Shown one piece after another: positions 39,023-50,842 of a DNA stretch of 64,000 nt. The stretch is from contig NW_024704743.1 of NCBI RefSeq assembly GCF_018977255.1, positions 110,300,001-110,364,000 of the forward strand, read 5' to 3'. The notes below the pieces were generated by a model. It did not search any database. It saw only the letters and a program-made list of their open reading frames with translations, and was not told the origin of the DNA. The translations under genes and the position numbers were made by a program. Origin of the DNA: Callorhinchus milii (taxonomy: Eukaryota). The first letter of the stretch is position 1. Each line of letters begins with the position of its first letter.

Positions 39023-39897
39023 ACAACAACAACAGCAAATTACATTTGTAAAGCGCCTTTCATTTCGGGAGGATGTCCCAAGGCACTGGACAGTTAGGGA
39101 TTTGGGCCCGAACATGGGATTGGGATCAAGGATGGTGGAGGGCAGAGAGGGTAGGGGTAGGAGGGTGGCCGAACGACCTTGAAGGAGGTAAGGGAGTGAG
39201 TGAGGTGAAGGGACTGTGGGAATTCCAAAGGGTGGGGGCAGAGAGGTTGAAGGCCCAATCGCTGATGGTGAGGCGGGCCGGGCCTGGGACGTGGAGAAGG
39301 CCAGTGCCTGCTGAGTGGAGGGAGCAGAAAGATTGATATGGCATTAGCAGGTCACAGAGGTAGAAAGGAGTAAAGGGCTTGGAGGGCTTTGAAGAAGAGA
39401 AGAGGATGAGAATTTTGAACACTATCCTCTGGGGGAATTGGGGAGCCAGTGGAGTGAGGCAAGGGTGGGGGTGATGGGGTATCAGAGCATGGTGCTGGAG
39501 AGGACACAACTGTCAGTGCCTGAGGTATAGAGGCGCTGATGAGAGCCAATTAGGAGGACCTCAGTCTTGTTGATGCTCAACTGAAGAAAGTTTGCTCTCA
39601 TCCAGGACTTGATATCTGACAGACATTCGTTCAGGACAGCAGTGGTCCTGGAATCGAGGGTGGAGGCAGAGGGATAGAGTTGGGTGTCATCCACATACAT
39701 GTGGAAGTTCATCCCATGTTTGCGGATGATGTTACCAAGAGAGAACATGTATAGGTTGATGAGTAGAGGACCAAGAACAGAGCCCTGAGGATGCCGCACA
39801 AGTCGGTGCGGGGGCATAGAGGAGAAGCCATCTGTGGAGACAAAGTGGAGAGGTTGATTGAGGTCCTGTCCTTGACTGGTTCAGATCCTACCTTTCA
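39023..39897 (-). mobile_element. Older L2 with an internal deletion and a short inverted 5' segment
   Basis: [29 protein letters not shown] and RIVFKILIL. 39866-39897 is L2 sequence in the opposite orientation. Confidence 0.9.
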
Positions 39898-39899
39898 TG

Positions 39900-40170
39900 C
39901 TGAGTGTCAGCAGTCCACTCATTTGTAGAGGGCATTCATAGGTGAGTGTGACCTCTCCTCACCCAGCTTGCCATCAATCTCCCTACCATTAGAGGATGCT
40001 GAAGAAGGAGCAGGAGCCCTATATGCCTTAATCCGCTCAACCCTGGGAAGGACACGGACAATTTTACCTCCCTATTCAGCTGCAGCCAAGTCCAGCAAAC
40101 TCATCACAGACCGAGATTCAAACCAGCGAGCTCCTGGTCCAATTAGCTGCAGTCTATCTATCACACCATC
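39900..40170 (-). mobile_element. Ancient SINE fragment, AmnSINE2-like
   Basis: CAGCAAACTCATCACAGACC matches 22511-22531. Confidence 0.45.
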
Positions 40171-40574
40171 GGGCCTATCAGCTATCTCTCCCCAGAAGAA
40201 AGGTTTTCCTGCAGAGTGCTTCGAGAAGCTGGAAATGTGTCGTTACAAGTACCCAGTGAAGCAAATGAGCAGAGCAACGTTTAATGAGGAATTTGATAAG
40301 TCTTTGATAGGAAAGAACATAAAAAGTATAGGGAATTGGTATTTGAGTATTCATCTCAAACAACAATAAATTACATTTGCATGGCACCTTTCACATTTGG
40401 AGGACGTCCGAAGGCACTGGACAGTCAGGGATCCATACTCCAGTTAAGGAATTGGCACCAGCCTTGTCCTGTAGATTAGGATTGAGTGGAATTTCAGGGT
40501 ACTGTTGACTCGTCCTGAACACAGTATCCGCAAATGGTTTAACCACCGTCGTCTTACAGGATAGGACTGGGTGG

Positions 40575-40800
40575 AATTTCGAGCCCCAGCCCTGAACACA
40601 GTGTTCCGGGTGTGGTCTGATCACTCTATTATAAATTTCTGCAGTCTTGCCTTGCACTGTTCTGCTCTGACTATATATACAAGCATTCTATTAACTTTTC
40701 TAAATTACTTTGCCACATTGCCCTGGCGTTTCTGCTCCCCAGGCAATCCATTATTTCCCCTCTTTAATAATTCTAAACAAACCTTTCAACTTGAAAGTAT
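40575..40800 (-). mobile_element. CR1 ORF2 fragment
   Basis: IYNRVIRPHPEHCVQGW corresponds to the CR1 LY..LVRPHLEYCVQFW motif. Confidence 0.7.
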
Positions 40801-41196
40801 CCAATTTCTCAGATACTGTCAAATGTCCTCAGCAACTTGGATGTTTCAGTGAAACCCTCCTGTAGTTGAGAAGCTGCTTTTTTAATGTGCATATGTAAAC
40901 AATCTGGGAGATTGAAATGCACAGATCATATTTTAACACTGACCTACCAATTATAGACACTCAGTGAGGGGATGACTGTACAGTTAATAACGGATGTTTC
41001 AAAGACCTCTGTTGAACTTGCATTTGATCTTTGAGGCTAAAGTGTTTTCGTTTGTCATTTCTTTTTCGGGAGGAAGTTGAAGGTCTTTGCTGTATCTCAT
41101 CCTTTAAATGCCGTGCTGGGTCAGTGGTCATGGCAGGAACCATCCATTCATATCCATTCATAGCTTTATTGAGAGGGAACCCGATAGATATCTATA

Positions 41197-42025
41197 AACA
41201 ACAACAAAATGACATTTATAAGGAGCCTTTCACGTCGGGAAGACGTCACAAGGCGTGGGAGAGTCAGTGTTTCGGACCTGAGCTGGGGGCAGGATCAGGG
41301 AGAGTGGAGGGCGGGGGGCAAGGAGGGCGATTGAAAGCACAGCCGAAGAAGAAGGTCTTAAGGTGAGTCTTGAAGGAGGCAAGGGAGAGGGCAAGGCGGA
41401 GGGACTGCAGAATGGAGTTCCAGAGAGTGGGGGCAGAGTGGCTGAAGGTCCACCTAACAATGGTGGGGCGGGCGAGGCAGGGAACGTGAAGCAGGCCGGA
41501 GTCCGCTGAGCGGAGGGAGCGGGCAGGTTAGTGGAGGGTTAGGAGGTCGCAGAGGTAGGGGTGAGTGAGGCCATGGAGGGCTTTGAAGGTGAGGACCAGG
41601 ATCTTGAACTGTATCCTCTGTGTGATAGGAAGCCAGTGGTGTCGGGCAAGGATGGGGGTGATAGGGTTATGGAGCCTGATGTGGGAGAGGATACGGGCTG
41701 TAGAGTCCTGGATGATCTGCATCCTATGGAAGGAGGAGTTGGGGAAGCTGACAAGCAAGGAATTTGCATAGTCAAGTCTCGATGTAATGAAAGTGTATAT
41801 GAGGCTTTCGGCGGCCTGCGGTGTGAGACAGTGGCGGAGCTGGGCGATGTTTCAGAGGTGGGGGAAGGCAGAGCGGGTCATGGCACAGATGTGGGGTAGA
41901 AAGGATACTTGAGGGTCAAACAAGACACCAAGGTTCCGGAGTGGCTTAGTAAGGTGGAGTGTGCAACCATGGATGGTGATGCTGTCAGCACCTGAGGTGT
42001 GGAGGCGCTGATGGGAGCCAATCTG
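41197..42025 (-). mobile_element. Older L2 3' ~830 bp
   Basis: [10 protein letters not shown] and HWLPITQRIQFKILVLTFKALHGL, with an L2 tail. Confidence 0.92.
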
Positions 42026-42399
42026 GACAGCCTGATTGGCTTGATAAAGGAGCAAATTGCAGGGGTTTGGAGGAACAGGTAAATGGGATTGAATGAATAA
42101 TTCCTTCAAAGAGCCAGTGCAGTCTCGATGCATTTTCGGAGTTATCCTTTTTTGGATGAGACATTGTAAAAAATCCTGCAACACTGTTGGAGAATATTAG
42201 GAGGGAGTGCTTCTCTCAGTGTCCTGCCTTTGCCAGCAAAAACTGTCACTACACTTGACACCAATTATGTGAGAAGCACTTTGAGACATTTTGATGTGAC
42301 AACGCACTATAAAAACTGAAAGTTCTTCCTTTATCTGTAACATTTAGAATTTTATCTCTCTGAATATTAGTCAGGCACCTCCAATAATAAAAATAAAAT

Positions 42400-42885
42400 A
42401 ATAATCCTTACATTTGATTTGGTGTCTTTCATGTTGGGAGGACATCTCAAAGCACTTCACAAAATATACTGTAAAGTGCAGTGATTGTGTGTTTTGTGAA
42501 GTAATAAATAATTATTCTTGCATTTGATACAATGGATTTTACAGCTGGAGGACTTCACAAAATGCTTTGTAAAGTGTTGTCACTGTGTATTTATAGACAA
42601 ACACATCAGCCAATTTCTGCTCAACAATGTCCCAGGATACAGGGAGAAACTACCTTTTCTCCCTTCAAGTGTCATGGGATCTTTACTTTTACATTAACAG
42701 GCAGACGGGCCCTCCGGTTTTAAGGTGTCATCTGAAGGAGAACACCTCAGACAATGCAGCTTGCCCCCCAGCACTGCACTGGAGAGTCAGTCTAGACTAT
42801 GTGAATACAAAGTCCCGACATGTGGCTTGAACCCACAAACTTTCTGACTGAGAAATGAGAGTGCTACGAATTGAACCAGGCTGAT
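42400..42885 (-). mobile_element. Deu-domain SINE with a duplicated or second tail
   Basis: Head at 42885-42820, the Deu core, and two SINE tails (42400-42500 and 42505-42630). Confidence 0.7.
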
Positions 42886-42904
42886 AGAAGATAACAGTCT
42901 ACCT

Positions 42905-43155
42905 ACAACAACAGCAACAACAAAATTACATTTATAGAGCGTCTTTCACGTCGGGAGGACGTCCCAAAGCTCTGAACAGTCAGATGTCGGGGCCCAAGCA
43001 TGGGAAAGGGGTGGTGTAGGGGTGAGGTAAGGCGGAGAGGTGGGAGGGAGACCAAAGGCACAGTCGAAGAGAAGGGTCTCGAGACCAGCCTTAAAGGATG
43101 CAAAGGAGGAAGCGAGGCGAAGGGACCGTGGGATGGAGTTCCAGAGTTTGGGGGA
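42905..43155 (-). mobile_element. L2 3' fragment
   Basis: L2 stem-loop, (TTG)n tail and a WNSIP..LRLASS codon stretch. Confidence 0.85.
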
Positions 43156-46100
43156 GCCTAAGCCTATACCTAAGCCTATTTTTTCCAGGTTTTACAGAGC
43201 AATAAATTCAAGGTGATTGAAATCAATTGTCTCAAGGAAAATAGGCAGCAAGCTTCTTTTTATTGAACTGAATTATATAAAAATGGATCTTTTCAGTCCT
43301 TGTAGGTGTTAATGTGGATTGAAGACTTTGAAAGGATGAGTTAGAAAATTCCCAAAGGAAAGAAGTGTCATTTAATGCATTTCCTTGCACAAATTACACC
43401 GAATGGTAGCTCAGAACAGCTTGCTCTGTATGTGCAGAAGAAACATTCACCCTAGGAATATTTAGAAAACCCAAAGAATTAGTCAACATCATTAATCTGC
43501 TATCTGCTGTACACACAATCTTCTGTAACATATATTTCATCACAGTGACTTAATCACCTCAGGCTGTATGCAAAGGGAAGCGGCTGGCATACACTGTCTA
43601 ATTGTTTAGCAAAGCCTCATTATTTCACTCGTTCACAGCTATTTTGAGAGTGCTGAGATGAATATATTAGAAGCAGAAATAGTCTCTCACTGGCAGCTGT
43701 TAAAACTCCTGTTTCTTTCCTTAAGTGAGTCTCTCTCAACTCATTTCTCAGCAGTCATTTATAATCATTGTACTTAATACAATGCCCACTCCATCTCAAA
43801 GCGCATCACAAGATTTTACTCTGAATTGAGGTGATCATGTATTTGTAGGTAAAGGCAGCAGCCAATATGCAAACAGCCTTGAACATTTTTATCTGCAAGA
43901 TTTTTGGCCAATACACCACAGAGAAAATTCCTTTTCTTTTCCTGTAGCGTTGCAGGATCTTTATTGTGAACAGGCATACGGGATATTAGTTTAACGTCTC
44001 ATCTGAAGGTCGGACACACTGTGGTTTGTCAGCAGCAGTGCCCTTGAGTACAGCGCACCTGCTTGGCTCGGGAACTGGACTACCAAGACTGTCACAGAGG
44101 AATGACTTAATGCCGCTACTCCATTGCCAAGAACATGTACAAAGTACGTATGTAACAAAATAAGGCAGCCAATTTGTGCACAGCAATGTCCCACAACCAT
44201 CTGAAGTAAATGACCAATTTTTTTGGCGGGAGATTGTTGGCCAGGATACCAAGAGAAGCTCTCTTTTCAGACAGTGCCATGAGATCTTTAATATTCATCT
44301 AAACAGGCAGACCGGGACCTCATTTTAATGTTTCATTGGAAGGACATGTCTGATCTGAAGGACGGAACTCGGTTCGGACACAATTCAGCTCACCAGCCTG
44401 GCCGTCATTTTCTCAATTTGTTTTTAATATCGTAAAAGATCTTTGCTCCATCTCCTGGCTTCCTCGATTTGAAAGGCCTCCATCTATCACTAATCTCCAC
44501 AGCATATTAGAATCGGTTGGGCCCTTTCTCTCTAATAACCTTCATCTGATAAAGCGTTTCCAATCTCTGCCCGTGTCCATCACCTCAGTTATTGAATGCA
44601 GTTGGCTTGTAAAAAAAAACAGTCGCCCAGCATGTCTGATGCACCTTTGTTTGGCCAGAATTAATTGGATACATGTCTGAACGATTTATTATACATGGGC
44701 GTAGGTTGGCGAGGGAGGAGGGGGTCGGGAAGGGAGTAGTGGTTCTCTGTTGTGAACTTGTGGCAAGTATGAGCTTGGCTCGGTTGGTAGCACTCTTAAT
44801 TTTGGGTCAGAGACAACAACAACAACAAAATTACAGTTGTAAAGCGTCTTTCAGGTCAATAGAAGGTCCCAAGGTGCCTAACAGTTGGGGATCATCAGGA
44901 CCCGAGCATGGAGAAGCAGGGTTGGGATGAGGGAGGGCAGAGAGGTGTAAGGGCAGTTGAACATACGGTCGAAAAGGAGGGTCTTGAGTCGTGATTTAAA
45001 GGAGGGAAGGGAGGGAGTGAGGTGAAGGGATTGTGGGATGGAGTTCCAAAGGGTGGGAGCAGACACACTTAAAGCCCAGCCACTGAATGTAGGGCAAGTC
45101 AGGCGGGATCATAGAATTACATAGCACAGAAGGAGGCCATTCACCCATTATGTGTTTAGAAACCCATCTCTTTTAGTATCCAACAACAAGAACATTTTGC
45201 ATTTATATAGAGCCCTGCACATGGGGCAGTGTCTCGGAGCACTTAAACCAGTCCAAACCAGTGGGAGAGTTCCACATTTGTATCCCACCTACACATGGGG
45301 AGTTTAACCAGCTAAAAACACATAGCTTGCCGTTGATAGCACTTTCTGGCAAGCTTCCCACTGTTTTTTACCAGCTAGGACCACCCTACCCATTAGGCTT
45401 GCAAGGTTACCAGGAGCTGAGTGGGAAGAATCCCTCCCCCCCGTGAATGGTCTGCCTTTCCAAGCCCTGTTGATGACCCAGGCTGGCCAGTCTATCATTC
45501 TCAGTGCCGTGGAGTACTGCAGATATTCTTGGCTTGGGAACCAGACAACTGAGACCGCCAGATGTACACTGTGTGTATACATATATGTTGTACCAAGTGC
45601 TTTAAGACTTCCTGCTGACGTGAAAGGCACTATATAAATACAAATCTTTGTTGCTATTCAAAGTCATTCGATGATAAGAATGTAGAGTTACAGACTACAT
45701 GACAAGACAAGCTTGCAATCGCTTCTCACATCATCCGACATGCATAGCAATGGTAAACTTGCACTTCAGTCCTGCTTCCAGACAGGGATTGAGATGCGCT
45801 GACGTTAGGAGCACTTGGCTCAGCTGTGGGGGATGTAATAGGTTAACACCAGGTTCACGCGCGAGGAATAAAATGCAGTGGGTAGAGACCATTGGTTAAA
45901 GTTGGCTGGATGGACCATCAGCTCAGGCTTCAATAGAGCAGAATGCTTTTCATGAAAAATTTATGTACAACGAAACAGCAGCAATTGTATTCATGCAGCA
46001 TCTTTCTCATAGGGATAAGTGTCAAAGTGCTGTACAGAGTTGGAGTGTGAGCCGTAGCTGGGAGAGAGATAGGGGCCTGGTGGCTGAAGACTCAGTCAAA

Positions 46101-49100
46101 GAGAGTCTTTAGTTCAGTTTTGAATGCAGTGGGGGAGGGGGTAGGCAAGGCGGAGTGGACGGATGTCAGGAGAGAGTTGGGACGCCTTGGGACGTCCTCC
46201 TGACGTGAAAGGCGCTCTATAAATGGAATCTTGTTGTTGTTGAGTTCCTAAGAGCGGGGACAAAGTGGTCAAAAGATAGTTGGGCAAAGTGAGTGGGGGA
46301 TAGGGGCATGAAGCAGGTCAGAGTGGGGTGGGCAAGGGAGTAGGATCACTGGCGATCACAGAGGTAATAATCGGGGCAGGGCCTTTGGAGGTATATAAAG
46401 GTGAGGACCAGGATCTTATTGTTGATCCGCTGGGGGACTGGAGCTGGGTGATAGTATTATTTGTGGACCTTGCTGCCATGACTTACAGTTTCCACACAAT
46501 CCAGTTCATAGCTGAGTATTGGCAAAAGATCAAGGAGTGATCACTGTGCACCATTATTTAATAAACTACGCTTGGAGTTGGCCCAAAACATCAAATCATT
46601 TTAAGTATGGAATACCTTATCAATTTGAGATAATAGTCTAGGCTGACAGTCAAATATAGTGCATTATCAGAGGGGCTGTCATTCAGATGAGATCTTAAAC
46701 TGAGGTCCTGTCTGCCTGTTCAGGTGGACATTAAAGATCCCATTCTATTTGAAGAGAGAAGGGAGGTTCTTTCAGTGTCCTGACCAACAATTCCCTGAAT
46801 AAAATTGGTCATTTACTTTATGGTCATTTACTGCAAATTGGCAAATAAATTATACGTGGCAGCAAATCCTGCGAAACGCTTTGAGACCCGCCCATCATTG
46901 GCAGTTGGGCTTTCAGCCATTCTGCCCCCATGTTTTGGAACTCCATCTTGGGACATCTTCCCAACGTGAAAGGCGCTATAAAAATGTAATTTATTGTTGA
47001 GATATCGCCGGTCACTTAATTGGCACCCGAAAGCAAAAATAAAAAGGTGAAGCAGCCCTGAACAGAGCTTTTCAATTCTGATTTTCACCTCTTTTCGTCT
47101 TACTTTTAATTGAAAAAGCCAGTATCTTTATTTCATTTAATACGAGGCATGAAAGATCTAAGGCAGAGGAAGGTTGGTGGGGAGGGGAAATGGGAAGTTA
47201 AGAGTGAACGGGATGGGAAATGAGAAGCAAAGAATGAGGGGATTGATTGCAAACAAGTCAAGTGGAAAAGTCAAGTTGCAAACAAGTCAATGTGTAAAGG
47301 AGCAATATAAACCAGATGAAAAACAGTCAACCAGCCAATGAGACACAGTGTGTTGCAAGCTAACATTGTCTTCAGCAAACACTGCTGAGTCGTGCTCCAC
47401 CACTGTCAAGCGCTCTGGGACACTACCCTGTATGAGGGGCGCTATATAAATGCAAGTTGTTGTTGTTGTATATTGGTGTCTAAAATCCACTCTGGTGCAG
47501 TCATTGCTTTGAGGCCACCTGTGAAAGAGCAGGGACATAAGCATTGTCTCCTCCAGGGAGACGATTCATGTTCACCTACATATTGCACAGTTACTGGACT
47601 TCACAGGAAATCCTGTGAAGGGCTTTGAAATGTGCTCCAGACATGAACGGCGTTATATCAAATGCATTGATTGTTGTTAATTATTATAATAAATTGTTGT
47701 TGTTGTTGTGCCTCCCCATTCCATTCTGGGTGACCCTTTGTGTGTTACATTTCATTAATTGTTGTGCAAAAGAAGCTCATTTGGTCTAAAATAATCGATG
47801 TTTGGGTTTACACTTGATCAAAAAGCTGGGAGTAATAATGCAAGGCATTAGATGGCACAAGTTTAAGAGCCTATTTATAACATTCTTGGCTACCTATTTC
47901 TTGTGCTCAAGATCAAAGCTACTAGTTCACAGCATGGTCGGTATTGGAAAAGACTACATCACCTGCCTCCCTCTTATTGCTTAATCCCGACAAAGAGATT
48001 CAAGAGAATCACTCTACACCCCCATGCCCCGTGCGATTGATTCCCCTCAGTAATTGCATCTGCAAATGACCTCTTACTCTGAAAACAATTCAGGACAAAT
48101 TTGAATGTGAATCTGTTCAAAGTATTTGTTTTATCGTCAGCCAGGTTTCTGGTACACAGATAAACTCATCACCATGCTTGAGAGTATGTAAACCAGACTG
48201 AGAATTCCATGCATCTCACCAGCATCTGACAATTCCAGTATTTGGAATGGAATGGCACTTTCTCTCCCTGGACAGTCATACCCTGGTTACCTAATTCCGG
48301 ATAGTATTACATTAGGTGTAGTTCCAAACAGTGCAGGGTCCCTTTTTTAATCTCTGCACGAGTTTTCACATAATCTCTTTACTATTAAATCTATGGATTC
48401 TATTTTTTTTCTCTCCTTACACTGATTAGTTGCAGTACTGGCTGCAAAGACCCTAACACAGATTAACTTGCGATATGGTGGAGAACTCTATATCCATATT
48501 AACTGTGACTGGCTCTATTGTGGATATGTAAACATGTCTCTGTTGTGTGTGCTCGTCTTTCTGACTGTGTGTGTGTGTGTATACGTGTCTCTCTGTCTCT
48601 GCTTCCTTAACTGTTTATCTGCTTTTCTGTACCACTCCATCTGCCCCTGATTAAAATATCTGATAAGATCTAATAAACTGCAGAATGGGCTCAAAGAGCT
48701 GAATGGCCTCCTCCTATTCCTCTATTCCTTTTACCTCAGCGATAGTAATTACTTGAAGAGGAAGCATGGAGAATTTTTGCAGAGGGGTCTAGGGGAAGGG
48801 GTAAAATAAAAGGGATCAAGCAGCCTATTTCAGGTTCCTGAGTGCAGTCAGCTGACATGTATGCTTACACAATCCTCCAGACAAAGGGAAGCAGGGAGGT
48901 ACAATATAACTCTGGAGTATTGAGTGCTTAAAACACATTACATTTACGGAAAATAAACTGGAATCAGCTAATTTGCTTCCAAGTCCCCAGGATATCTATT
49001 TACATGCTCTGCTCCACTGCATTAATTTCCTGCACTTCACTGTCTTTTCTGTGCCGTGTTCCAGGATTCATCTATTTCTCGGTTAATCATTGTACACTTT

Positions 49101-49319
49101 GGGTTCCACTCTGCATGACTTCTCTGCACAAGACTTCAAATTTAAAAAATTGGCAAAAGAAATTAAGCGGGGATATGACCCAGGTTTCTGAATAACAATA
49201 CAAATTACATTCATACAACTCCTTTAATGTCAGGAGGATGTCTCAAACCACTTGACACTGCTGGCTGCGAACCCGAGCTGGGGCGATTCTTGCATTTGAT
49301 ATAGAAACTGATTTGATAT

Positions 49320-49675
49320 GGAGTCCTGTAGCTCAGTGGTTAGAGCAATCTCCTTGCAAGTGAGAGACCTGGGATTGATTCACGGCAGGGCGAAATGTTG
49401 GACAAATTTTCTTACTCCACTCGCCTGTTTACCTAGCAGTAAATAGGAACTCAGTTGTTAGTCGATTGTTGGATTGCTTTCCCGGGGTAAAAAATAATAA
49501 TAATAAATTAGTCACTTCAATCCACGACTGTTTGTGGGACACTGCTGTGCGCAATTGGCTGTCGCATTTGCCCACAAAATATACAGTCAATTCACTTTAC
49601 AGTATATTCTGTGAAGCGGTTTGAGGCGTCTTGAAGACATGATAAGGTACTATATCAAATGCAAGGATTATTATT
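49320..49675 (+). mobile_element. SINE family B, long variant, full length
   Basis: GGAGTCCTGTAGCTCAGTGGTTAGAGC...CCTGTTTACCTAGCAGTAAATAGGAAC...GCAAGGATTATTATT. Confidence 0.88.
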
Positions 49676-50842
49676 GTAAACTTATCACATCGTGTCAATG
49701 TACTACACAGGATTTTACTGTGAAGTGTAGTGACTGTACTTGTAGTAAAATATTTCTAGCCATATATTTCAAAGAATGGACTGAATGCCAAACCTATTGC
49801 AAATGCAGAAAATCCTAAGCAAAAAAATCACTTCATGTGCTGCGATGGGGACACAGTAGTATGGCTGTTCTGAAAGGATGAGATCAGATGGGCCGAAGGG
49901 CCTTCTTCATCATCAAAACTCATCTTATGGTGGCTGTTTGTGGCTATTACTGTGCGCAAATTAGCTGCTGTGTTTGCTTGCAAAATACCAAATCACTGCA
50001 CTTTCCAGCAAGTCCTGTGAAGCGCTATGAGATACATCGTGATGTGAAAGGCGCTATGTCAAATGCATGGATTAATATTATTATCTGTCTATGATTCATT
50101 TAAACATTCCATTTGATTCTGCCTCCACAGCTTTCCAGGGAAGAGTGCTCCTCTTCTTCACATTATAATTACCTATGAATCACTTTGAGATGGCTTCAAC
50201 ATTATGGGTTCTCCATCAAATGCAAGGATTATGGATAGTAGCAAATTAAATAATTGCATCATATTATACGACATCCTGGCACTGATATTTCTCACAGTCT
50301 TAAGCTGAAGGCCACTGTCATAAAATGTAAGATGTGAAAGCCATCTTAAATTTTGCCTTAATTAGGAAGCTGATTTTCCACTTTTTTTTAGATATTGTGG
50401 AAAATCGATTTCTAAATTAAGATTTACTAGAATTCCATAGGCTGTACTACATGGAAACTGGCCATTTGGTCCGACTAGTTCAAGTTTAAAATCTACTTGA
50501 GCCTCCAGCCCTCCTATTCCCCTCTGGAAAGATGAGATCAAAGCAGCCGAAGGCTGTTCTTCATCTGAACCTCCGTTATTATCTTTTGAAATTTGACCGT
50601 TACATTCACCTACAAAATACACTTTACAGTAAATTCTGTGAAGCACTTTAAAACAACAATAACAAAATTACATTTGTGTGACGCCTTTCACGTCAGGAGG
50701 ACATCCCAAGGCGCTGGACAGTCAGTGTTTCGTATCTGAGCTGGGGGTTGGGATTTGGGAGGGTGGAGGGCAGGGGGGAAAAGGAGAGAGATTGAAAGCA
50801 CGGTCGAAGAGGAGGTTCTTGAGATGAGCTTTGAAGGAGGTA

